From assembly GCF_004010195.1 (NCBI RefSeq), contig NC_057718.1, positions 73,082,713-73,146,712 on the forward strand: a DNA stretch of 64,000 nt, given 5' to 3'. The notes below the pieces were generated by a model. The model did not search any database. It saw only the letters and a program-made list of their open reading frames with translations, and was not told the origin of the DNA. The translations under genes and the position numbers were made by a program. The stretch's first letter is position 1. Each line of letters opens with the position of its first letter. Shown piece by piece: positions 36,128-49,590 of this stretch. This DNA comes from Chiloscyllium plagiosum. Lineage: Eukaryota.

Positions 36128-38960
36128 ATAGAGTCAGAGTCATAGAGATGTACAGCATGGAAACAGATCCTTCGGTCGAACCCGTCCATACCGACCAGAT
36201 ATCCCAACTCAATCTAATCCCACCTACCAGCACCCAGCCCATATCCCTCCAAACCCATCCTATTCATATACCCATTCAAATGCCTCTTAAATGTTGCAAT
36301 TGTACCAGCCTCCACCACATCATCTGGCAGCTCATTCCATACACTTCCCACCCTCTGCGTGAAAAGTTGCCCCTCAGATCTCTTTTATATCTTCCCCCTC
36401 TCACCTAACTGAAGTCCATATCGAGTTCTGGACTCCCCGACCCCAGGGAAAAGGCTTTGTCTATTTATCCTATCCATGCCCCTCAATTTTGTAAACCTCT
36501 ATAATGTCACCCTTCAGCATCTGACGCTCCAGGGAAAACTGCCCCAGCTTGTTCAGCCTCTCCCTGTAGCTCAGATCCTCCAACCCTGGCAACATCCTTA
36601 TAAATCTTTTCTGAACTCTTTCAAGTTTCACAACATCTTTCCGATAGGAAGGAGACCAGAAATGCACACAATATTCCAAGTGGCCTAACCAATATCCTGT
36701 ATAGCCGCAACATGACCTCCCAACTTCTGTACTCAATACTCTGACCAATAAAGGAAAGCATACCAAACGCCTTCTTCACTATCCGATCTACCAGTGACTC
36801 CACTTTCGAGGAGCTATGAACTTGCACTCCAAGATCTCTTTGTTCAGCAACATACCCGAGGACATTACCATTAAGTGTATAAGTCCTGCTAATCTTTGCT
36901 ATCCCAAAATGCAGCACCTCACATTTATCTGAATTAAACTCCATTTGCCACTTCTCAGCCCATTGGCCCAGATCCCCTTGTAATCTGAGGTAACCCTCTT
37001 CGCTGTCCACTACACCTCCAATTTTGGTGTCATCTGCAAACTTGTTAACTGTACCTCTTATGCTCGCATCCAAATCGTTTATGTAAATGACAAAAAGTAA
37101 AAGGGCCCAGCATCGATCCTTGTGGCACTCCACTGATCACAGGCCTCCAGTCTGAAAAACAACCCTCCACCACCCTCTGTATTCTACCTTTGAGCCAATT
37201 CTGTATCTAAAATGACTAATTCTCCCTATATTCCATGAGATCTAATCTTGCTATCAGTCTCCCATGTGGAACCTTGTCGAACACCTAACTGAAGTCCATA
37301 TCGATCACATCTACTGCTCTGCCCTCAATCTTCTTTGTTACTTCTTCAAACAATGCAATCAAGTTTGAGAGACATGATTTCCCGTGCACAAAGCCATGTT
37401 GACTATCCCAAATTAGTCCTTGCCTTTCCAAATATATGTACATCCTGTCCCTCAGGATTCCCTCCAACAACTTGCCCACCACTGAGGTCAGGCTCACTGG
37501 TCTATAGTTCCCTGGCTTGTCTTTACCACCCTACTTAAACAGTGGCACCACTTTTGCCAACCTCCAGTGTTCCAGCACCTCACCGGTGACTATCGCTGAT
37601 ACAAATCTCAGCAAGAGGTCCAGAGTTCTCAGGTATACCTGATCAGGTCCTGGGGATTTATCCACCTTTAACCGTTTCAAGACATCCAGCACTGCTTCCT
37701 CTGTAATCTGGACATTTTGCAAGATCTATTTCCCTATAGTCTATATCTTCCATATCCTTTTCCACAGTAAATACTGATGCAAAATATTCATTTAGTATCT
37801 CCCCCATTTTCTGTGGCTCCACACAAAGGCCACCTTGCTGATCTTTGAGGTGCCCTATTCTCTCCCTAGTTACCCTTTTGTCCTTCATATATTTGTAAAA
37901 ACCCTTTGGATTCTCCTTAATTCTATTTGCCAAAGATATCTCATGTCCCTGTTTTTCCCTCCTGGATTTCCCTCTTAAGTATACTCCTACTTTCTTTATA
38001 CTCTTCTCAGGATTCACTCGATCTATCCTGTCTATACTTGACATATGCTTCCTTCTTTTTCTCAACCAAACCCTCAATTCCTTTAGTCATCCAGCATTTC
38101 CTATACCTACTAGCCTTTCCTTTCACCCTGACAGGAATATACTTTCTCTGGATTATTGTTATCTCATTTCTGAAGGCTTCCCATTTTCCAGCCAACCCTT
38201 TACCTTCTCTAGTAGGTACATCCACATACTGAATCAGAAAATTGTCTTATACACGCTTAAGAAATTCCTCTCCATCTAAACCTTTAACACTATGTCAGTC
38301 CCAGTCGATGTTTGGAAAGTTAAAATCCCCTACCATAACTACCCTATCATTCTTACAGATAGCTGAGATCTCCCTTACAAGTTTGTTTCTCAATTTCCCT
38401 CTGACTCTTGGGGGACCTATAATACAATCCCAATAAGGTGATCATCCCTTTCTTATTTCTCAGTTCTACCCAAATAACTTCCCTGGAATATGCTCCCTCA
38501 GCACAGCTGTAATGCTATCCCTTATCAAAAAGGCCACTCCCCCTCCTCTCTTGCCTCCCTTCCCATCCTTCCTGTAGCATTTGTATCCTGGAACATTAAG
38601 CTGCCAGTCCTGCACATCCCTAAGCCATGTTTCCATAATTGCTAATGATATGCCAGTCCCATGTTCCTAACCATGCCCTGAGTTCATCTGCCTTCCCTGT
38701 TAGACCACTTGCATTGAAATAAATGCAGTTAATTAGTCCTACCTTTTCCCTGCCTGCCCTGACTGTTTGACTCACGTCTGTTCTCAGCTGTATCAGTCTC
38801 ACATTGATCCCTTTCTTCACTATCTCCCTGGATCCCACACCCCCGCCTTACTAGTTTAAATCCTCCCAAGCAATTCTAGCAAATCTCCCTGCCAGTATAT
38901 TAGTCCCTTTCCAATTTAGGTGCAATCCATCCTTCTTGTACAGGTCACTTCTACCTCAAA
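36128..38960 (-). mobile_element. CR1 LINE (end of ORF1, EN with internal deletion, RT, 3' tail)
   Basis: CIYFNASGLTGKADELRAW, QHGFVHGKSCLSNL and KFADDTKIGG. Confidence 0.95.
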
Positions 38961-39499
38961 AGTAGTAAAAGTAATTTAAATAATGTCACTGGTTATTTTA
39001 TTTTAAAGCATCTTTGCATGGACTGTAAATAATCTTCCACTAATCAACAGATTCTTTACAACTCAATTAAGCTTATCTCCACCTTTTTAGAAATTTGTGG
39101 ATTGCATGCACATCAGTTCCACATGAAAACTTTCCATAAAGTAGTTTTGCAATGCGGGCGAAATTAACTTTTGAATATTATCTGAAAGAAAGATGGAATA
39201 CACAATAATACAAATTCCTTTTCAAGACTGTTGTAGATTGCATAATAAAAAGGAAGCAAAAATGTTCGGATCCATCAACTAACTAAAGTTCAGCTCTCTA
39301 CATTTAAAAATTAGATCAATATATTTAATTTTTTTCAAAAAAAAAGCACTCAAGAAAGAAACGGGCTAAGTCACAAGAGGGATGGCGAGCAAGGTTCTGG
39401 GACCCACTGGAGTTACAATCAGCTGTATCGTCTGTGCGTTCCAGCCTAGCCCATCCCCCGCCTCTCCTCCCATCCCCTCCCCCTTCTTGTATTTACACA

Positions 39500-40220
39500 C
39501 TGCCGCTTTCAACCTTTTTTTAGTTAAAGATATTGCGCAGCGAACATATGCCACCACCGCAACGAAAACAAAGAAGGATCAGGGGCGGATTTGGAAGTGG
39601 AAGTAATCGCAGTGGCGCACAGAAGGCCGTGAATATTCGACACAAAAAAAAATCGCCGTAATTAACAAAGAACGACAATGCTAAGAGCCGTTACCCGCCC
39701 CCCTCCAGAACACATATTTATACATCTGCAATAAGAGGGAGGCTCCACTAATTAAAGGCGCAAAGACCCTCCCACCAAATTCACTACTAACCTGACAGAA
39801 GCGCTGGCAGTAATCCCCGGAAGACTGCACAGACACGCCGAGCTCCAACAACTCGTTGGCCAGCTCTCGTAGGTTGTCCGTCAGGCTTTTAACGTCCGCA
39901 TCTACCTCCCTGTCCGCCATCTTTCTGCTGCGCTCGTGCCCGTTACGCGCCACGCTGTGACGTCCGCTACGCTACGCTGCTGGTTGGTCGATTTCCACGG
40001 ACCTCAGGAGTGGGGAAACCGCGAAAATGGCGGTACCACGTGAGTGGGTGTAGGCGTTGTCATCAGGTTTAAGCTCTTTCGAAGGTAGGAAAGGAAAATG
40101 ACCGTAGGTAAGTATATTGCCGGGATCTTGCGTAACGAAATAGTTATGGTTTCGCTTACATTTCAGAGGCGAGACGTATGACCAAAAAGATGCCAAACAC
40201 GTTGAAATATTCGGCGTTTC
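39500..40220. promoter_or_regulatory. CpG-rich promoter region, probably bidirectional
   Basis: Visible CpG enrichment. CRE-like TGACGTC at 39958-39964. Divergent YY1-type motifs AAGATGGCGG (minus, at the ATG) and AAAATGGCGG (plus, 40024-40033). Confidence 0.75.
39792..39920 (-). CDS. RLF: First coding exon of an RLF/ZNF292/ZNF654-family zinc-finger gene, best resembling RLF
   Basis: 43 codons MADREVDADVKSLTDNLRELANELLELGVSVQSSGDYCQRFCQ ending at a phase-0 donor CAG|GTTAGT, with a strong Kozak context. Matches the family exon-1 end YCxxFCQ; ungapped L-L--EL-E--VS--SS--YC--FCQ match to RLF as I recall it. The paralog call is less certain than the family call. Confidence 0.8.
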
Positions 40221-40689
40221 AGCCTTTTAAATGTAGAAGTGAATTTGAGGTGACCATACCTCTTGAACTTAAATTTCACTCCGAAACAGTAATATCTCTC
40301 CAGTCTGTAAACTTCTCAATGCGTAGAAAGATATGCAAGTACCAATAGTGAAGCAAGTTGTAAAAACAATAGTTTAATAGCGCATTTTAATATATACAAC
40401 AAATTCATATACTGGAGCTGTTCGTACTGTTCTGAACACTTGGAATCGTCAAGCAATAGAAGCATTTGTGAATTCCCCTGATTGGCCTGAAACTACACTA
40501 TCTCAGGAAATAGGTCTTCATTGATGAGACGATTCAGGTATTTGTGAACATCCTCCCACAAAGTCCTCTGGTTGCCAGAGAATGGTATTTCACCATTGTC
40601 AGAAAGTGAAAATAGTACTAGCTATTCATCCCAACATCTGAGAATTTGAGACTATCAGCGTTATATCTCTACAGGTCATTCTTCATCTA

Positions 40690-40930
40690 TTGGATAGCCA
40701 AAGGCCATGGGACCCCCATGGCTTGTGTTGATCTGTGAAAAGCTTTTGACTCCAACTAAAAAGCCCTTTGGAAAATCCATCGCACTTGAATGCTCAGCAA
40801 AATCTGTTACTATCCTGCCACTCCAACATTATGGTATTTGAGCAATCAATTGGAACTGATTAGATACTAACCCCCTTTTCTATGTTGAGAGTCCAAGGTT
40901 GTGTGGCTGCATCATCTCGCTTCACTGTCT
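40690..40930 (+). mobile_element. Ancient RTE-type LINE RT fragment
   Basis: MACVDL*KAFDS...ALWKI remnant. Confidence 0.5.
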
Positions 40931-42283
40931 ACCTCAGGCTGATAATGGAACACAGCTGTGACAACTTCCAGAATGGTTTATGGCTGAGCTTCAACTCTGA
41001 ATCTTTATCTTAACAGGCTGAGGGGCAAGAGTCACATGACTATCTAACTATCTACTACTTGTAATATGCTGACGACTTGGAGAAAGTGAGGACTGCAGCT
41101 GCTGGAGATATGCTGACTACTGTGCTGTTTTGGGCCCGGTTTCAAGTAAATTTCACACTATCTTTAACTTCTTCAGCTCTGCACATAAAACATTCCTCAA
41201 CATTAGCTAGACCAAAAATCAGCCTACAGCCCACCCTAGCAAACCACTTACATTTCCATTATTATATTATTATTGGTAGACACTGTAGAAGTTACTGAAG
41301 TCTTCCCATATCAAAAATAAGATTCAGCACAACTAGCTCTACCAGTATACGGCTTTAAAATTTTGCAAACGGGTGTTTGACGACTGGGATCTCCAAAAGA
41401 GGACAAAAGGATTAAATTTTTAATGATTCTTTATGTATTGTAAAAGGGGTCGGGTCACCTACTATAACCATTTCCTGGTGCTGGAGAATTTGAGCAGTCC
41501 CTCCACGGGATGCTCAGTCATGCAGGGCAGGGCATCATTGTGAGGGTTGGTGTGGATTTGTTGGGCTGAAGGGCCTGTTTTCTTGCTGTAAGGTGTCTAA
41601 TCTAATTTTTAAAACATGAAGAGATGGTATCAAGCTCAAAAAGATGCAATGCATGGAAATTGAAATACAGCAGCCTAGGAGAGATAAGAGTATGCAATGA
41701 ATGAAAAAATATAGGAATATAGCAAATATACTTGCAAAGGAGAACAGCAATTAAAAATTAACTTTAGAAACTGCTATGAATTTCTGTCTATTGAAAGCAA
41801 TGGGTGGAAATCTCCTAGCCCTTTAATGATGTGGCCAATGGTGAGTTTGTTGGGAAAATACAGTGAGAATGGCAGTGATGAGACTTTTGACATATAGAAA
41901 GAGTCAAATTCTGCAGCCGAGCTTTGTATGGTGAAGCGTGATTCTCACTAGTGAGCAGCAAGAGGCATATTTGCATGTACTTTGTGCCTAATCTCACCTC
42001 ATTAATAAGCATTTTCCTTTTCCCTCAACTGACAGAGAACTAGACAGAGACAAGTTGTGATCTGTATAAAATATTGGTCAGGCCACAACTAGATAATTGT
42101 TCTACCAGTTCTAGAATCCATATTATAGGAGGGATGCGATAGCACTGGAGGAGATTTACCAGGATGTTGCCTGGCTGGAACTTTCAGTTATGAAGAAAGA
42201 TTGGAGAGACTGGGGTTGTTTTCCTTTGAGCAGAAAAGATTGAGAGAGACACCATTGAGATGTACAAAATCGAGAGGTATCGA

Positions 42284-45200
42284 CATAGAACAATACAGCG
42301 CAGAACAGGCTCTTCGGCCCTCGATGTTGTGCTGACCTGTGACGTATTCTCAGCTCGTCCCTCTACACTATCCCAAAATCATCCATGTGCTTATCTAAGG
42401 ATTGTTTAAATCTTCCTAATGTGGCTGAGTTGACTACATTAGCAAGTATGGCATTCCACGGCCTTACTACTCTCTGCATAAAGAACTTGCCTCTGATACC
42501 TGTATTAAATCTATCACCCCTCAATTTGTAGTTATGTCCTCTTGTACAAGCTGATGTCATCATCCCAGAAAAACATCTTTCACTGTCTACCCTATCTAAT
42601 CCTCTTATCATCTTGTATATCTCTATCAAACCCCCCCTTAGCCTTCTTCTTTCCAATGAGAACAGACTCAAGTCTTTCCTCATAAGACCTTCCCTCCAGA
42701 CCAGGCAACATCCTGATAAATCTCCTCTGCACCTTGTCCAATGCTTCCACATCCTTCCTGTTATGGGGTGACCAGAACTGTACACAATATTCCAAGTGTG
42801 GCCGCACCATCATTTTGTATAGTTTCAACATGATATTGCGGTTCTGGAACTCAATCCCTCTACCAAAGAAACTTAACACACCGTATGCTTTCTTAACAGC
42901 ATTATCCACATGGGTGGCAACTTTCAGGGATCGATGCACATGGACTCCAAGATCCCTCTGCACATCCACACTACCAAGAAGCTTTCCATTGACCCAGTAC
43001 TCTGCCTTCCTGTTATTCTTTCCAAAGTGCATCACCTCATATTTAGCTGCATTGAACTCCATTTGCCACTTCTCAGCCTAATTCTGCAGTTTATCCAAGT
43101 CCCCCTGCAACATTCTTCCAAACTGTCCACTACTGCACCAACTTTAGTGTCGTCTGCAAATTTACTAATCCATCCACCTATGTCTGCGTCTGTCATTTAT
43201 AAAAATGACAAACAGCAGTGGTCCCAAAACAGATCCTTGTGGNNNNNNNNNNNNNNNNNNNNNNNNNNNNNNNNNNNNNNNNNNNNNNNNNNNNNNNNNN
43301 NNNNNNNNNNNNNNNNNNNNNNNNNNNNNNNNNNNNNNNNNNNNNNNNNNNNNNNNNNNNNNNNNNNNNNNNNNNNNNNNNNNNNNNNNNNNNNNNNNNN
43401 NNNNNNNNNNNTGCTGCCCTTCTTGAACAAGGGCACAACATTTGCAATTCTCCAGTCCTCAGGTACAAATCCTGTAGACTCAAATATCAAAGCCAAAGGC
43501 TCTGTTATCTCCTCCCTAGCTTCCCAGAGAATCCTCGGATAACTCCCATCTGATCCAGGGGACTTGTCTACTTTCAGGCCTTCTAGAATTGATAACACCT
43601 GTGCGTAACTAACCTCAATCCTTTCTAGTCTAATATCTCATACCTCATTCTTCTCCTCTACAATATTCTCCTTTTCCTGAGTGAACACCGATGAGAAATG
43701 TTCATTTAGCATCACTCCGATCTCTACAGGGTCCACTTCTCAACTTCCCACTTCTGTCTTTGACTGGCCCTATTCCTACCCTAATCATCCTTTTATTCCT
43801 CACATAGCTATAGAAAGCTTTAGGGTTCTCCTTTATTCTGTTTGCTAAAAACTGCTCGTCCTCTCTTTGCTCTTCTTAACTCTCTCTTTAAATCCTTCCT
43901 AGCTTATCTGTAAGTCTCCATTGCCTCATCGGAACCATCTCGCCTCATTAACACATAAGCTTCCTTCTTCTTAACAAGAGATGCAGTTTCTGTAGTAAAC
44001 CATGGTTCCATTACTTTATCACTTCCTCCCTGCCTGACAGGGACATACCTATCAAGGCCATGCAATATCTGTTCCTTAAACCAGCTCCACATTTCCATTG
44101 TCAGCATTCCCTGCATTTTGCTACCCCATTCTATGCATCCTAATTCTAGCCTAAGTGCCCTTGCCCCATCGATAACTCTTGACCTGTGGCATGTACCTAT
44201 CCCTTTCCGTTGCTAAACTAAATGTAACTGAATTATGGTCATTCTCTCCGAAGTGCTCACCTACAACTAAATCAAACACCTGGCCTGGTTCATTACCAAG
44301 CACCAGATCCAGTGTGGCCTCCCCTCTTCGGCCCTTCGACATACTGTCAGGAAACCCTCCTGTACACATTGGACAAAAACTGATCTATCTGACGTACTAG
44401 AGCTATAACATTTCCAGTCAATGTTGGGGAAGTTAAAGTCCCCCATAATGTCCACCCTATTCCTTTCACTCCTACTCAGAATAATTTTGCTAATCCTCTC
44501 TTCCACCTCCCTGGAACCCTGTGGAGGCCTATAAAAAAAATCCTAACAGTGTGACCTCTCTTCTCCTGTTTCTAACCTCAGTCCCTATTACCTCAGTGGA
44601 CGAGTCCTCATCAAAAATTCTCTCAGCCACCATTATACTATCTTTGATTAACAAGGCCACACTTCCCCCTCTTTTACTGCCTTGCCTGTTTTTAATGAAA
44701 GATTTAAACCCTGGAACTGGCAACATCTATTCCTCACTCTGCTCTCTCCATATCTCCGAAATGGCCACAACATCGAAGTCCCAGGTACCTATCCATGCTG
44801 CATGCTCACCTATCATAGTCCTTAGTTTGGATACTTCTGGTGTTGAAGTAGACACACTTCAAACCAGTTTGGCAGCACATTCCTGTGACCCTGAAATCCT
44901 GTCCCTGTCCTTCCTACTCTCATCCTCCTGTGCACTGCAACTACACCTCCGTTCCCATCCCCCTGCTGAGCTAGTTTAAACCCACCCGAATAGCACCAGC
45001 AAATTTCCCACCCAGGATATTAGTACCCCTCTGGTTCAAGTGAAGACCATCCTGTTTGTACAAGTCCCACCTTCCCAAGAATGAGCCCCAATTATACAAA
45101 AACCTGAAACCCTCCCTCCGACACCATCCTTGCAGCCACGTGTTCAGCTGATATCTCTCCATGTCCTTCGCCTCTCTATCACGTGGCACGGGTAACAGTC

Positions 45201-46293
45201 CAGAAATGATAACTCTGTTTGTTCTAGCTCTCAGCTTTCATCTTAGCTCACTGAAATCCTGCCTTACATCCCTCTCCCTCTTTCTACCTATGTCATTGGT
45301 ACCGACATGGACAACGACTTGAAGCTGGTCACCCTCTCCCTTCAGGACCCCAAAGATATGATCCGAGACATCACGGACCCTGGCATCTGGGAGGCAACGC
45401 ACCAACCACGAGTCTCGTTCGTTCCCTACAAACCTTCGATCTGAGCCTCTAACTATTGAGTCCACAATGACTAACACTCTCCTCCTTTCCCTCCTTCCCT
45501 TCTGAGCAACAGGGACAGGCACTGTGCCAGAGACCTGGGCCCCACTGCTTGCCCTGGTAAGTCGTTCCCCTCAACAATATCCAAGACAGTATATATGTTT
45601 TTCAGGGGAACGACCACAGGGGATCCCTCCACTGACTTTTTTTTTCCCCTTTCAAACAGTCACTCAGCTTTCTTCTTGCCTAGGAGTAACTACTTCTCTA
45701 ACTCCTATCTATCACAGCCTCTGCCTCCCGAATGTTCTGAAGTTCATCCAGCTCCCATTCCAGTTCTCTAACATGGTCTTGGAGGAGTGAGAGTTGGGTG
45801 CACTTGCTGCAGGTGTACTTGGATGTCCCTGACCTCAAACATCATGCAGGAGGAACATTGCTCTCCCTGCACTGCCATCCCTGCTAGTCACAAAGTAAAA
45901 AAGAGACGCTTACCTAATATGTCCCTGTTCTTTAAGGTTAGAGGAGGTGGTTGGGTGGGAGGCCCTACAAAGCTAGGGAGGGTCTCGGGTTGAGAAGACA
46001 CTGACTTATATAGCAGGACGGAAATAAAAATAAGAAGTCCCTCCTTTCCCAGAAACCTGTGCTCTCTGACTTCAAATTTAAAAGCACAAATCAGTGACTC
46101 ACCACTCCCGGCAGGTCCCTGGTGCAAGCTCCCGCCCCTCGAGTTGCTGCTGTCACTGAAAAACAGAAATGGAGGACTCTCGCGCTCGTCGTAAGTTTTT
46201 AAAGGCTCAAATCAATGACTCACCACTCCCGGCAGGCCCCTGGTGCAAGCTCCTGCCCTTTGAGTTGCTGCTGCCGCTGAAAAACAGAAAATC
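42284..46293 (-). mobile_element. Full-length decayed CR1 LINE with 5' UTR monomers; contains an N-gap
   Basis: ORF1 start MAVQGEQCSSCMMFEV (ATG at 45878), SGNH-like VIVDSIVRG...VHVGTND...DGLHLN, EN and RT motifs, and the 3' tail. Confidence 0.93.
46074..46290 (-). repeat. 121-bp-period direct repeat in the CR1 5' UTR (~1.8 units)
   Basis: TGACTCACCACTCCCGGCAGG...CTGAAAAACAGAAA at ~46095 and ~46216. Confidence 0.9.
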
Positions 46294-46809
46294 AGGGTGG
46301 ACAGGAAGAAACTTTGATAGAGGGATCAATGACTGGGGACTTAGCTTTGAGGTAAGCATCAGGAGGTTTAGAGGTGATGTGAGGAATCACTTTTCCATGC
46401 AAAGGATAGTGAGAATCTGGAACTCCCTACCTGTAAGAGTGATGGAGGTAGAAACCCTCAAAAGTTTAAAAGTGTTTAGATATGCACTTGCGATGCCAAG
46501 GCATACAAGACTAAGGGCCAAATGCTGGAACTTGGGTTTAGAATAGTTAGGTGGTTGTTTTCGACAGGCCTGGATATGATGAGCCAAAGGGCCCTTTTCT
46601 GTGACATATATCACAATAACCTGAAAATCAAATTTTAAATCACTGCTTGCTCCTCTGGGCCTCGACCTTGGGCAGTAGTCATCAACTGCATGCTGCAGTC
46701 CACTGAGTGTGAACACATACCAACCTCATTGCGTCATCATGCAGTCTCTGATCCACTTATACAATTTTGCACCTCAGTTCTCCACTTTAGTATGGATCAG
46801 GCTGTCTTT

Positions 46810-49590
46810 CAGAGTCATAGTCATAGAGATGTACAGCATGGAAACAGACCCTTCGGTCCAACCCGTCCATGCCGACCAGATATCCCATCCCAATCCTGTC
46901 CCACCTGCCAGCACCTGGCCCATATCCCTCCAAACCCTTCCTATTCATATACCCATCCAAATGCCTCTTAAATGTTGCAATTATACCAGCCTCCACCACA
47001 TCCTCTGGCAGCTCATTCCACACACATACCACCCTCTGTGTGAAAAAGTTGCCCCTTTGGTGTCTTTTATACCTTTCCCCTCGCACCCTAAACCTGTGCC
47101 CTGTAGTTCTGGACTCCCCGACCCCAGGGAAAAGACTTTGTCTATTTATCCTATCCATGCCCCTCATAATTTTGTAAGTCTCTATAAGGTCTCCCCTCAG
47201 CCTCCGACGCTCCAGGGAAAACAGCCCCAGCATGTTCAGCCTCTCCCTGTAGCTCAGATCCTCCAACCCTGGCAATATCCTTATAAATCTTTTCTGAACC
47301 CTTTCAAGTTTCACAACATCTTTCCGATAGGAAGGAGACCAGAATTGCACGCAATATTCCAACAGTGGCCTAACCAGTGTCCTGTACAGCCGCAACATGA
47401 CCTCCCAACTCCTGTACTAATACTCTGACCAATAAAGGAAAGCATACCAAACGCCTTCTTCACAATTATCTATCTGCAACTCTACTTTCAAGGAGCTATG
47501 AACCTGCACTCCAAGGTCTCTTTGTTCAGCAACTTTCCTTCAGACCTTACCATTAAGTGTACAAGTCCTGCAAAGGTTTGTTTTCCCAAAATGCAGCACC
47601 TCTCATTTATCAGAATTAAACTCCATCTGCCACGTCTCAGCCCATTGGCCCATCTGGTCCAGAAACTGTTGTAATCTGAGGTAACCCTCTTTGCTGTCCA
47701 CTACACCTCCAATTTTGGTGTCATCTGCAAACTTACTAACTGTACCTCTTATGCCCGCATCCAAATCATTTATATAAATGACAAAAAGTGGAGGGCCCAG
47801 CACCGATCCTTGTGGCATTCCACTGGTCACAGGCCTCCAGTCCGAAAAACAACCCTCCACCACCCTCTGTCTTCTACCTTTGAGCCAGTTCTGTATCCAA
47901 ATGGCTACTTCTCCCTATATTCCACAAGATCTAACCTTGTTAATCAGTTTCCCATGGGGAACCTTGTCGAACACCTTACTGAAGTCCATATGGATCACAT
48001 CTATGCTCTACCCTCATCAATCTTCTTTGTTACTTCTTCAAAAAACTCAATCAAGTTTGTNNNNNNNNNNNNNNNNNNNNNNNNNNNNNNNNNNNNNNNN
48101 NNNNNNNNNNNNNNNNNNNNNNNNNNNNNNNNNNNNNNNNNNNNNNNNNNNNNNNNNNNNNNNNNNNNNNNNNNNNNNNNNNNNNNNNNNNNNNNNNNNN
48201 NNNNNNNNNNNNNNNNNNNNNNNNNNNNNNNNNNNNNNNNNNNNNNNNNNNNNNNNNNNNNNNNNNNNNNNNNNNNNNNNNNNNNNNNNNNNNNNNNNNN
48301 NNNNNNNNNNNNNNNNNNNNNNNNNNNNNNNNNNNNNNNNNNNNNNNNNNNNNNNNNNNNNNNNNNNNNNNNNNNNNNNNNNNNNNNNNNNNNNNNNNNN
48401 NNNNNNNNNNNNNNNNNNNNNNNNNNNNNNNNNNNNNNNNNNNNNNNNNNNNNNNNNNNNNNNNNNNNNNNNNNNNNNNNNNNNNNNNNNNNNNNNNNNN
48501 NNNNNNNNNNNNNNNNNNNNNNNNNNNNNNNNNNNNNNNNNNNNNNNNNNNNNNNNNNNNNNNNNNNNNNNNNNNNNNNNNNNNNNNNNNNNNNNNNNNN
48601 NNNNNNNNNNNNNNNNNNNNNNNNNNNNNNNNNNNNNNNNNNNNNNNNNNNNNNNNNNNNNNNNNNNNNNNNNNNNNNNNNNNNNNNNNNNNNNNNNNNN
48701 NNNNNNNNNNNNNNNNNNNNNNNNNNNNNNNNNNNNNNNNNNNNNNNNNNNNNNNNNNNNNNNNNNNNNNNNNNNNNNNNNNNNNNNNNNNNNNNNNNNN
48801 NNNNNNNNNNNNNNNNNNNNNNNNNNNNNNNNNNNNNNNNNNNNNNNNNNNNNNNNNNNNNNNNNNNNNNNNNNNNNNNNNNNNNNNNNNNNNNNNNNNN
48901 NNNNNNNNNNNNNNNNNNNNNNNNNNNNNNNNNNNNNNNNNNNNNNNNNNNNNNNNNNNNNNNNNNTTTTGCATCTTCTCTAGTAGGTAAATCCACATAC
49001 TGAATCAGAAAATTGTCGTATACACGCTTAAGAAATTCCTCTCCACCTAAACCTTTAACACTTTGGCAGTCCCAGTCGATGTTTGGAAAGTTAAAATCCC
49101 CTACCATAATTACCCTATTATTCTTACAGATAGCTGAGATCTCCCTTACAAGTTTGTTTCTCAATTTCCCTCTGACTATTGGGGGGTCTATAATACAGTC
49201 CCAATAAGGTGATCATCCCTTTCTTATTTCTCAGTTCCACCCAAATAACTTCCCTGAATGTATTTCTGGGAATATCCTCTCTCAGCACAGCTGTAATGCT
49301 ATCCCTTATCAAAAATGCCACTCCCCCTCCTCTCTTGCCTCCCTTTCTATCCTTCCTGTAGCATTTGTATCTTGGAACATTAAACTGCCAGTCCTGCCCA
49401 TCCCTGAACCATGTTTCCGTAATTGCTAAGATATTCCAGTCCCATGTTCCTGACCATGCCCTGAGTTCATCTGCCTTTCCTGTTAGGTCCCTTGCATTGA
49501 AATAAATGCAGTTTAATTTATTAGTCCAACCTTTTCCCTGCCTGCCCTGACTGTTTGACTCACTTATGTTCTCAGCTGTATCTATGCTCA
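46810..49590 (-). mobile_element. CR1 LINE ORF2 and 3' tail, spanning an N-gap
   Basis: EN CIYFNARDLTGKADEL...AITETW; RT PQGSVLGP...KFADDTK; ORF 46787-47398. Confidence 0.95.

Larger units (their letters stand above)
42060..46610 (+). mobile_element. CR1 3' fragment split by the insertion at 42284-46293
   Basis: Coding remnant ...GID before the insertion continues as RVDRKKL...FRGDVRNHFSMQRIVRIWNSLP after it. Confidence 0.75.

Noticed and set aside
47778..49164. Long ORFs of 315-401 aa
   Set aside because: They are artefacts of reading through the N-gap; the same applies at 42910-43598.
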